The translations under genes were made by a program, and so were the position numbers. The notes below the pieces were generated by a model. It made no database searches. It saw nothing but the letters and a program-made list of their open reading frames with translations, and had not been told where the DNA came from. This document shows positions 24,599-32,000 of a DNA stretch of 32,000 nt, piece after piece; the stretch's first letter is position 1, and every line of letters begins with the position of its first letter. The stretch is from Alkalicoccus chagannorensis DSM 18086 (lineage in GTDB: Bacteria > Bacillota > Bacilli > Bacillales > Salisediminibacteriaceae), in NCBI RefSeq assembly GCF_000429725.1, contig NZ_AUCK01000008.1:61122-93121 (forward strand). Direction: 5' to 3'.

Positions 24599-25399
24599 GT
24601 GGGAGAAGCAATAGTTATTACCTCAGGTAAAGGCGGGGTCGGAAAAACGACGACAACAGCCAACATAGGTACAGCACTTGCACTGAATGGGTATAGAGTC
24701 TGCATGATCGATACAGACATTGGTCTTCGGAATCTGGATGTGGTGATGGGACTGGAAAACCGGATCATCTATGATCTTGTCGATGTGGCGCAGGGAACCT
24801 GCCGTCTGCAGCAGGCACTGGTGAAAGACAAGCGATTTGAATCTCTGCACCTGCTTCCTGCAGCACAGACGAAAGATAAAGATGATGTGGAACCGGAGCA
24901 GATGCTGGAGATTGTGGCAGAACTGAAAAAAAATCATGATTACATACTGATTGACTGTCCTGCCGGAATTGAACAGGGATACAAGAATGCGGTGGCCGCA
25001 GCGGACCAGGCGGTCGTTGTCACCACGCCGGAAATATCCGCCGTGCGCGATGCCGACCGGATTATTGGACTGCTGGAAAAAGAAAAACACGTCGAACCTC
25101 CGAGGCTCGTGATCAACCACATCCGCAGCAATATGATGCGGAGCGGCGAAGCGATGGAAGTGGATGAGATCGTGACGATCCTCGCGATTGATCTGCTCGG
25201 CCTTGTCCTGGATGACGATGAAGTGATCAAATCGTCCAACGCTGGAGAACCGATCGCATTGAATCCGAAGTCTAAAGTATCCATTGCCTACCGAAACATC
25301 GCCCGCCGTATTCAGGGAGAACAGGTTCCATTGATGAAACTGGACGAAGACACGGGACTAATGGCTAAAATCAAGAAATTTTTCGGCATTCGTTCGTAA
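24599..25399 (+). CDS. minD: Septum site-determining ATPase MinD
   Basis: The deviant Walker A SGKGGVGKTTTTANIG and a C-terminal amphipathic helix (MAKIKKFFGIRS). GTG start after AAAGGGGAG. Confidence 0.97.
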   Translation: MGEAIVITSGKGGVGKTTTTANIGTALALNGYRVCMIDTDIGLRNLDVVMGLENRIIYDLVDVAQGTCRLQQALVKDKRFESLHLLPAAQTKDKDDVEPEQMLEIVAELKKNHDYILIDCPAGIEQGYKNAVAAADQAVVVTTPEISAVRDADRIIGLLEKEKHVEPPRLVINHIRSNMMRSGEAMEVDEIVTILAIDLLGLVLDDDEVIKSSNAGEPIALNPKSKVSIAYRNIARRIQGEQVPLMKLDEDTGLMAKIKKFFGIRS

Positions 25400-25483
25400 C
25401 AACCGCAGCCGCTTGACGAGCACAGGAAGCCTAGAGAAAAGCAGACATCTGAAAGTGGCTAGAACAAAACGAGAATAAAAAGA

Positions 25484-25518
25484 AGCCCTTACCTTCTCAT
25501 TGGTGAGGGCTTTCTGTA
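25484..25518 (+). terminator. minD terminator
   Basis: AGCCCTTACC / GGTGAGGGCT form a 10 bp stem with one G-U pair and an 8-nt loop. The tail is TTTCTGTATG, and an A-rich tract lies upstream. Confidence 0.75.
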
Positions 25519-25730
25519 TGTAAGGGGAGTTAATCCTTCCAATGACAATCCCTTGCCGCGGGCAAGGCTTCAGCTGACCGTCGCAACTACAGCGACAGGG
25601 CATCTTCAGCCCTTGCTGTTCCCACGGGCTTGCCTTTTCATGAGCAACCCCTGATAGAGGCCGTACGGTCTTGATTTTTCCATAAAAAGGATACCTTCCG
25701 GTTCAGTTAGAACGATCAAGCCATAACAAA

Positions 25731-25775
25731 ACGGTTTCGGCGATCCCCACTTGGGTCATCGAAAGCGTTTTTTTC
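25731..25775 (+). terminator. Orphan terminator-like hairpin in the ORF-poor gap
   Basis: ACGGTTTCG / CGAAAGCGT form a 9 bp stem with 1 mismatch and a 20-nt loop, followed by T7. Confidence 0.4.
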
Positions 25776-26088
25776 GTGCTGGAAAACGATTTTATCCCAG
25801 CCTCTTTTCCAGGCCGTGTATAAAGTCATTTTTCTCTATGCGTAATTTCCGATTTCAAAGGGACCCTTTCGGAGGGAGCTTTCTCAGCTGATCCGCCTTG
25901 GGCAGGGCCAACTTCGAATCGTTCTTGATCCTCCCGGAGTTGACCTTCTGCAGCTCCAGCATCGACAAAAACGTTTCGACTTTGATGAGAAGAGAAGCAC
26001 GACAGCATGTTTTGAACAAAAGCGCGGAGCGCCTTTTGGTCTAAGAAGAAAGAGCTGTGGGGAGGCGAAGCATCCATCGACAGAGGCA

Positions 26089-26136
26089 GCGCTTCCGACG
26101 ATCTCAGATGATCGCCGGAAGCGTTATTTCTTTTTG
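26089..26136 (+). terminator. Orphan terminator-like hairpin, related in sequence to the dat terminator
   Basis: GCGCTTCCGACGATC / GATCGCCGGAAGCGT form a 15 bp stem with 1 mismatch and a 6-nt loop, followed by TATTTCTTTTT. No plus-strand CDS ends upstream of it. Confidence 0.55.
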
Positions 26137-26312
26137 TCAGTTGGAGTTATCTACTGCTTCCTGCACGTGCAGCATGAATATTTATATTATTGCAATATAC
26201 TGATTATCCCGTTTGTTCATTCGCTATACGAAGGGTAGTGCTGTTTACTCAAGCTGCTGCTTAGTATCCTGGGAAAGAATCATCCGGCTCTGTTATGGAG
26301 AAATAGAAATCT

Positions 26313-26373
26313 AAAAAAATTTAAAAAAATATTCAAAAAAGTTCTTGAAATCGTTACCACCCCCGCTTATACT
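26313..26373 (+). promoter_or_regulatory. Sigma-A promoter of the ABC sugar-uptake operon, with phased A-tracts upstream
   Basis: TTGAAA (26345-26350), an exact 17-nt spacer, then TATACT (26368-26373). A-tracts lie at 26313-19, 26323-29 and 26335-40, about one helical turn apart. Confidence 0.6.
26346..26359. promoter_or_regulatory. LacI-family / cre-like operator 1 (overlaps the -35)
   Basis: TGAAATCGTTACCA has 1 mismatch against TGWAANCGNTNWCA. Confidence 0.5.
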
Positions 26374-26380
26374 TTAGCTA

Positions 26381-26394
26381 TGAAAGCGATAACA
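26381..26394. promoter_or_regulatory. LacI-family / cre-like operator 2 (just downstream of the -10)
   Basis: TGAAAGCGATAACA is a full match to TGWAANCGNTNWCA. Confidence 0.55.
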
Positions 26395-26470
26395 GAGAGG
26401 CGTACAGGTTGTGGATTCCATTGCACAGGCACTTTCGTTTGCAGCAGGAATCCATTTCATTGTCCGTATC

Positions 26471-26484
26471 TGAAATCGTTATCA
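26471..26484. promoter_or_regulatory. LacI-family / cre-like operator 3 (in the 5' UTR, 32 nt before the ATG)
   Basis: TGAAATCGTTATCA is a full match to TGWAANCGNTNWCA. Confidence 0.55.
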
Positions 26485-26515
26485 TATCATTCATTTCTTT
26501 AAGGGGGAACTACGT

Positions 26516-27955
26516 ATGAAGATCAAGAAAAAGGTGTTGACGAGTGCCGCAGTGCTTTCCATGGCAGGGTTGATCGCCGCGTGCGGGAACAACGCAGACA
26601 ATGACAACGCAGACGCTGACATGAACAACAATGCCGGTGCCGACAACGGTGCAGACATGAATGACAACGATGATAACGACAACATGGACAACATGAATAA
26701 CGACAACGACAGCGATAACGATGCTGACGACATGGACAACGACGCCAATAACGATGAGGAAGCAGCAGGGGACGGAGAAGAAGTCACCATCACCTATGCA
26801 CGCGGACAGGACACGACCAACGCCACCGATGCGCTCATCGAAGCTTTTGAAGAAGAGCATCCAAACATCACCGTGGAAATTAGAGAAATGCCGTCCGATA
26901 CGGGACAGTCGCATGACCAGTATGTAACGGAGTTCAGTGCAGGCGATGACACCATTGACGTCTTTGATGCGGATGTCATCTGGCCGGCTGAGTTCGCCCA
27001 GGCAGGCTACGCGATGGAGCTGGACCGGTTCATTGAATCAGATGAGGATGTCGACCTCGATGAATACTTTGAAGGAACAGTAGAAGCTGGGCGTTTCGAC
27101 GGCCGCATGTGGGCGATGCCGAAGTATACAGATGCGGGGCTCCTTTACTATCGAGACGATATTGTCGAGACGCCTCCGGAAACGTGGGATGAGCTGATTG
27201 AGATGTCTGAAGAGTTGATGGGAGAAGAGGGAACGGAATTCGGCTACCTCCTTCAGGCGAACCAGTATGAAGGACTTGTCGTAAACGCCATCGAATTCAT
27301 GGGTTCCTATGGAGCTGAGGTGCTGGATGATGACCAGAACGTCACAATCAATACACCGGAAGCCGTTACCGCACTGGAAAAAATGATGGAAATTGTCCAG
27401 TCCGACATCGTCCCGGGCAACATCCTCAACTTTGATGAGCCTGCAACGGAGAATTCCTTCCTTGAAGGCCAGGCCGTGTTTGCCCGTAACTGGCCGTACA
27501 TGCAGGCGAATACGGAGAATGAGGAGATGTCTTCTGTCGTCGGCAACGTCAGCTTCAGCCTCCTGCCTGCAGGGGATGACGGAAGCGCAGCAGGTCTCGG
27601 CGGGTGGATGTCGATGATCAACCGCAACACGAATCATGCTGAAGAAGCCTGGGAGTTTGTGAAGTTCAAGTCTGGTGAAGAAGGCCAGAAGCTCTCGGCC
27701 ATGGAAGGTGGACGTGCACCGACCATCGAATCCCTCTATGATGACGAAGAAGTACAGGAAGCAGCTCCGCTCTTTGCAGACGAAGAGTTTGTAGAAACAC
27801 TGCAGAACGCGATTCCGCGTCCGGTTACACCGATCTATCCACAGATCAGTGACATCATGCAGATCGAAGTGTCCCGTGCACTTGCGGATGAAATCACAGC
27901 GGAAGAAGCAGTGGAAAACATGGAAGAGCAGATCCAGAGCGCACTCGACGAGTAA
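26516..27955 (+). CDS. ABC transporter sugar-binding lipoprotein (CUT1 family) with a 66-aa N/D-rich tether
   Basis: Signal peptide plus lipobox (LIAAC at C23), followed by GNNADNDNADAD...DEEAAGDGEE. The SBP fold blocks are VTITYARG, DVFDADVIWPAEFAQAGY and RNWPYM. RBS is AAGGGGGA. Confidence 0.9.
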   Translation: MKIKKKVLTSAAVLSMAGLIAACGNNADNDNADADMNNNAGADNGADMNDNDDNDNMDNMNNDNDSDNDADDMDNDANNDEEAAGDGEEVTITYARGQDTTNATDALIEAFEEEHPNITVEIREMPSDTGQSHDQYVTEFSAGDDTIDVFDADVIWPAEFAQAGYAMELDRFIESDEDVDLDEYFEGTVEAGRFDGRMWAMPKYTDAGLLYYRDDIVETPPETWDELIEMSEELMGEEGTEFGYLLQANQYEGLVVNAIEFMGSYGAEVLDDDQNVTINTPEAVTALEKMMEIVQSDIVPGNILNFDEPATENSFLEGQAVFARNWPYMQANTENEEMSSVVGNVSFSLLPAGDDGSAAGLGGWMSMINRNTNHAEEAWEFVKFKSGEEGQKLSAMEGGRAPTIESLYDDEEVQEAAPLFADEEFVETLQNAIPRPVTPIYPQISDIMQIEVSRALADEITAEEAVENMEEQIQSALDE

Positions 27956-28036
27956 CAAGGCACCGGGGGAGTAAACATGCCGTTTGCTCCCTCTCCTGCT
28001 TCAGGAGATGCTGAGACTGAGAAGAGGTGAGAACCG

Positions 28037-29026
28037 TTGGCAACGATCAAAGACATAGCTGAAAAAACGGGATTGTCTCCCACTACTGTATCGCGCGTCA
28101 TCAATAATCATCCTTATGTCGATCAATCGAAGAGGATCAAGGTGCAGAAGGCGATGCAGGAACTAAGCTACGTGCCCAACTCTTCTGCTCAGCGTCTCCG
28201 GGGGCAGAAGACCAACACGGTAGCCGTCATCATCTCCAGAATCATCAACCCGTTCTTCAGCCATCTCGTCGATGCGATGGGAGAAGCCGCCACCGATCGA
28301 GGATACCAGCTGCTCTTGTGCGACTCACGACTGGATGCGCAGCGCGAGCTGGAGCATTTGGAACTGCTGAAGAAAAAACAGGTCGACGGCGTGATCCTCG
28401 CTTCGCTGCAGAATACGTGGAAAGAGATAGAGCCCTACACGAAGTTTGGACCTGTCATTACATGCAATGAATACGATAAAGAGGCAGAAATGCCGATGAT
28501 CAGCTGCGATCAGCAGTACGGAGGATACTTGGCGGTCCGGCACTTGATTGAGCAGGGTCATACCCGCATCGCTTATGCAGGTGGGGTGAACCGCATTCAG
28601 TTAACCTATGACCGGCTTCAGGGGTATCGGCAGGCGATGGCAGAAGCATCCCTCCCTGTTGAAGACGCCTTCATTTTTACTGGTATTTATGGTTTGAGCG
28701 ATGGCATCCAGGTGTTCGATGAGATACGCGGGATGGAGGAGCCGCCGACGGCGATCTTTGCCGGCGGGGATGAAGTAGCAGCCGGCGTCATCAAACAGGC
28801 GAAGCTGCACCAATGGCGGGTGCCGGAAGATATCGCTGTTGTCGGTTTTGATAATCAGCCGCTGGCAGAGCTGGTCGAACCCGGCATTACGACGATTGAA
28901 CAGCCGACGAAAGTGATGGGGATCCGCGCGATGCAGCTGATGATGGATATGATTGATCATGCAGGTCCTGTTACTTATCAAAAAGAAACACTGCCTCTTC
29001 ATCTAGTCAAGCGTGGTTCGACTTGA
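28037..29026 (+). CDS. LacI/GalR-family transcriptional regulator
   Basis: MATIKDIAEKTGLSPTTVSRVINNHPYV is the HTH, followed by a periplasmic-binding-protein-like sugar domain. TTG start after AGAGGTGA. Confidence 0.92.
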   Translation: MATIKDIAEKTGLSPTTVSRVINNHPYVDQSKRIKVQKAMQELSYVPNSSAQRLRGQKTNTVAVIISRIINPFFSHLVDAMGEAATDRGYQLLLCDSRLDAQRELEHLELLKKKQVDGVILASLQNTWKEIEPYTKFGPVITCNEYDKEAEMPMISCDQQYGGYLAVRHLIEQGHTRIAYAGGVNRIQLTYDRLQGYRQAMAEASLPVEDAFIFTGIYGLSDGIQVFDEIRGMEEPPTAIFAGGDEVAAGVIKQAKLHQWRVPEDIAVVGFDNQPLAELVEPGITTIEQPTKVMGIRAMQLMMDMIDHAGPVTYQKETLPLHLVKRGST

Positions 29027-29104
29027 GAGGGCAGTCCAGCTGCAGAGATGATGAAATCGATATACTGACCAGGTGATAATGGTTTGACAAAGGGGGAACA
29101 TTCT

Positions 29105-30430
29105 ATGAGCGGGAAGAAGAAAAAAGGTTTTCAGCTGAATGAGCGCCAGCTCGGATACTTGATGGTTGCACCAGCGCTCATCCTGATTTTTGCTGTTACT
29201 CTCTGGCCGGTGGCACAGTCTTTTTATAACAGTATGTTTGACTACCGGCTGAATGATCCGACAAGAAACCAGACAACATTGAGTTATCAGATTGATCTGG
29301 AACGATATGCAGATAACTATTTTTACTTCGAGCGTGATGTTGACAGCCTTGCTGCGGCGGATGAAGAGGCTGCAGACACGGCGGAAAATATCCGCAGCAC
29401 TATTGATGATTATCATCAGCAGATCGTTGATTCTGACAGCATCGGCGACCAGTTCGCTGAGGTCGATCAGATGGTCATGGAGTTCGACCCGGTCACCGAT
29501 GATGATCTTCGATACGGAAGCATTAATAATGATTTCTCGGAATCCTACATTGATGCACTGGAAGATGTATCAGAGATGCTCACCAGTTTATCCGATCAGA
29601 CAGAAGATGAGCAGGTGCAGGAGGCTGTAAACAGCCTGGACGGCACCGTCGATCAGATTGACCGGTCGATGATCCGGCCGAACTTCATCGGTTTATCCAA
29701 TTACGCCACCTACTTGACAGAAGCAAGGACCTGGCAGTCATTATGGAACACGGTCTTCTTTACCGTCGTTTCCGTCTTCTTTGAACTGACGATCGGCCTT
29801 GCGGTTGCGCTGGTCATCAACCGCGCCTTCATTGGACGAGGCGCTGTCCGGGCAGCAGTACTGATCCCCTGGGCGATTCCGACGGCTGTCAGTGCGATGA
29901 TGTGGAGTTATCTGTACGATGGACAGTTCGGAATCATCGCCCATTATTTTGAACAGCTCGGGCTCATATCGGATGCCTCTGTGCTTCTCAGTACCGGCTC
30001 CGGAGCGATGTTCTCCATCATACTTGCAGATGTCTGGAAAACGATGCCGTATATGGCGCTGCTTCTGCTGGCAGGGCTGCAGACAATCTCCGGCTCTCTC
30101 TACGAAGCTGCGGAAGTCGATGGCGCAGGAAGATTCCAGCAGTTTTTGTACATTACCCTGCCGATGCTGAAGTCCGCCATACTGGTAGCGCTGCTCTTCC
30201 GTACACTGGATGCCTTCCGGGTGTTTGACCTGATCTACGTACTGACAGGCGGTGGGCCGGCTAACGCCACAGAGTCCATTTCGGTTTATGCCTATCAAGT
30301 ACTTTTTGCGCAGCAGAATTTCGGTGAAGGATCGGTTCTTTCCGTCATCACGTTCGTCTCTGTGGCAATAATCAGTGTCATTTTCATTAAGCTGATCGGT
30401 TCCGATCTGTTTGATGACAAAAAAGCGTAA
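29105..30430 (+). CDS. ABC sugar transporter permease (MalF/ThuF-like) with an acidic extracytoplasmic insert of about 140 aa after TM1
   Basis: The EAA-type motif is LYEAAEVDGAGRFQQFLYITLPML, and 6 TM segments are present. The ATG at 29105 after AAGGGGGA is preferred over the TTG at 29084. Confidence 0.9.
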   Translation: MSGKKKKGFQLNERQLGYLMVAPALILIFAVTLWPVAQSFYNSMFDYRLNDPTRNQTTLSYQIDLERYADNYFYFERDVDSLAAADEEAADTAENIRSTIDDYHQQIVDSDSIGDQFAEVDQMVMEFDPVTDDDLRYGSINNDFSESYIDALEDVSEMLTSLSDQTEDEQVQEAVNSLDGTVDQIDRSMIRPNFIGLSNYATYLTEARTWQSLWNTVFFTVVSVFFELTIGLAVALVINRAFIGRGAVRAAVLIPWAIPTAVSAMMWSYLYDGQFGIIAHYFEQLGLISDASVLLSTGSGAMFSIILADVWKTMPYMALLLLAGLQTISGSLYEAAEVDGAGRFQQFLYITLPMLKSAILVALLFRTLDAFRVFDLIYVLTGGGPANATESISVYAYQVLFAQQNFGEGSVLSVITFVSVAIISVIFIKLIGSDLFDDKKA

Positions 30431-30448
30431 GAAAAGGGGGTATCCGCT

Positions 30449-31270
30449 GTGAGGAAAAAAGCAGGCATCTGGTTTTATGTGTTTTTAAGTATCTTCATCT
30501 TTGTGACGATGTTTCCGTTTCTGTGGGTGTTTCTCACTTCGATCAGACCGGTAAATGAAATTTACTCCGGATTTGACTGGTTCACGACAAATCCGTCACT
30601 GCAGTCTTATATCAATGCGTTTGAAACAAGACCACTGCTGTTGTACATGTGGAACAGTATTGCTGTTTCGACGCTGACGACCGTACTCGCGATTTCTGTC
30701 GCTTCCCTGTCCGCCTATGCAGTCACCAGGCTGCCTATTAAATTCAAAGGGACCATTCTTGGTATCGTTCTGGCGGCAGCGATGTTTCCGCAGATTGCGA
30801 TCATTTCACCTATCTTTAACCTGATCCAGTCTCTCGGGCTGCGGAACAGCTATCTCGGGCTGGTCATTCCGTACATCACGATCAGTCTTCCGCTCGCGAT
30901 CTGGATCCTGGCTACCTTTTTTAAGAAAATTCCTTTTGAGCTGGAAGAGTCCGCGAAACTGGACGGTGCTACGCCGTTTCAGACGTTCCGGAAAATCATT
31001 TTCCCTCTGGCCGCTCCCGGGGTCTTTACGACGGCCATCCTTGTTTTCATTGCGGCGTGGAACGAATACCTCTTCGCCTTAACGATCAACTCGGATGACA
31101 ACTGGAGAACCATTCCGGTCGGTCTGTCGATGTATCAGTCGGAGTTCACTATTCCGTGGGGAGATATTACTGCCGCTACCGTCGTCGTGACGATACCGAT
31201 TGTCATTGTCGTACTGATCTTCCAGCGTCGAATTGTGGCAGGCTTGACATCCGGATCGGTCAAAGAATAG
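30449..31270 (+). CDS. ABC sugar transporter permease (MalG/ThuG-like)
   Basis: LEESAKLDGATPFQTFRKIIFPLAAPG is the EAA loop, and 6 TM segments are present. GTG start after AAGGGGG. Confidence 0.9.
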   Translation: MRKKAGIWFYVFLSIFIFVTMFPFLWVFLTSIRPVNEIYSGFDWFTTNPSLQSYINAFETRPLLLYMWNSIAVSTLTTVLAISVASLSAYAVTRLPIKFKGTILGIVLAAAMFPQIAIISPIFNLIQSLGLRNSYLGLVIPYITISLPLAIWILATFFKKIPFELEESAKLDGATPFQTFRKIIFPLAAPGVFTTAILVFIAAWNEYLFALTINSDDNWRTIPVGLSMYQSEFTIPWGDITAATVVVTIPIVIVVLIFQRRIVAGLTSGSVKE

Positions 31271-31481
31271 TTGCTTGGCATCAGAGACGGAAGGTGCATC
31301 CACGCACGGATGCGCTCTGTCTGGAGCCGCTCCCATTATCGGCGGGGCGGCTCTCTTTGCTGTCAGCGAAACCGGCGGCTTGCCGGTCATCGTCTGCTGC
31401 TTCGTGTTTTCGGACGTGACCCGTGTCGGTTGGGATCTGCAGCGCTTTTCATAAAGAATAATCGTTCAAGGAGGGTCATGG

Positions 31482-32000
31482 ATGTTTACAGACGAACAAG
31501 AAACATGGATTAGAGAGAAACTCCGCTTCGTATACGGAGACAGAGAAGACGCTGTCTTCCGGCGGCTGGAGACCATGCTTGCCGACCGGCCGCAGCAGAG
31601 AGCGTCAGCGGATTTTATCTCCGAAAAAGATACCATGCTGATTACGTATGGTGGAAGCATCAGAAGGAGCGGAGAGAAGCCGCTGTGGACCCTGCATCAA
31701 TTTCTGAAGAACCATACTGCAGACCTGCTTTCCGCCGTTCATCTGCTCCCCTTTTATCCATATACCTCGGATGACGGGTTTTCCGTGCAGGATTATACGG
31801 CAGTCGATCCCCGGCTCGGGAGCTGGGAGGAGATCCAGGCCATTGCCGGCGAGGTGGATGTCATGTTCGATGCTGTGATCAATCATATTTCGCAGGCGAG
31901 TACTTGGTTTCAGCGTTTCCGGGAGGGGGACCCCCGTTATCAGGATTATTTCATTGTCTCCGATCCGGAGGAGGATTATTCTTCCGTCACCCGGCCGAGG
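31482..32000 (+). CDS. GH13_18 sucrose-phosphorylase-family glycoside phosphorylase (5' part; continues beyond the window)
   Basis: It is absent from the ORF track (no stop in the window). I translated the frame by hand: MFTDEQETWIREKL...MLITYGGSI...HLLPFYPYTSDDGFSVQDYTAVDPRLGSWEEI...DVMFDAVINHIS (GH13 region I, DxxxNH). AAGGAGGG lies 6 nt upstream of the ATG. Confidence 0.8.
   Translation, partial: MFTDEQETWIREKLRFVYGDREDAVFRRLETMLADRPQQRASADFISEKDTMLITYGGSIRRSGEKPLWTLHQFLKNHTADLLSAVHLLPFYPYTSDDGFSVQDYTAVDPRLGSWEEIQAIAGEVDVMFDAVINHISQASTWFQRFREGDPRYQDYFIVSDPEEDYSSVTRPR

Noticed and set aside
25826-26077. An 83-aa minus-strand ORF in the ORF-poor gap (and the 25358-25603 ORF overlapping the minD end)
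   Set aside because: There is no SD upstream of the ATG (CCTCTGTCG), the composition is unremarkable, and there is no recognisable family. It is kept only as part of the gap finding.
25520-26136. The possibility that the roughly 600-nt ORF-free segment is OLE RNA or another large ornate ncRNA of extremophilic Firmicutes
   Set aside because: Only the size is suggestive. I recognise none of the conserved OLE sequence, and the neighbourhood (minD / sugar operon) is not the isoprenoid / oapA context I associate with OLE.
31271-31481. An 80-aa TTG-start ORF (31271-31513) in the permease-phosphorylase spacer
   Set aside because: It is Arg-rich, overlaps the phosphorylase start in another frame and has no RBS. 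The spacer has small GC hairpins but no T-tailed terminator.
1-32000. Mobile elements, prophage, integrase or transposase genes, tRNA/rRNA genes
   Set aside because: None was recognised on either strand. The only compositional island is the pilin cassette, which lacks flanking repeats or recombinase genes.

Overview
This is a mid-50s %GC chromosomal core segment with Bacillaceae-type gene order (valS / folC / comC-locus / maf-radC-mreBCD-minCD). It probably comes from a halophile, because many extracytoplasmic protein segments carry long acidic or Asn/Asp-rich inserts. Left to right: a partial ZAS anti-sigma factor plus a short sigma-like gene (minus strand); a Nudix hydrolase; a Val T-box leader with valS and dat; two translationally coupled RimK-type ATP-grasp ligases on the minus strand, wedged between dat and folC; folC; an acidic membrane protein; a VanW-like protein with a long GN/DF tandem-repeat tail; a complete type IV pilus locus (pilB-pilT-pilC, pilin, prepilin peptidase, pilMNO); maf-radC; mreBCD-minCD; a 1.1 kb ORF-poor gap; and a LacI-controlled CUT1 ABC sugar transporter with a partial GH13_18 phosphorylase. 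The strongest hunt result is a candidate class II c-di-GMP riboswitch with an overlapping terminator in the pilin leader. It sits together with a tandem MshEN-type c-di-GMP-binding motif at the PilB N-terminus. I saw no rRNA, tRNA, CRISPR array, transposase or integrase. Many long antisense or alternative-frame ORFs in the track look like GC-driven shadow ORFs.
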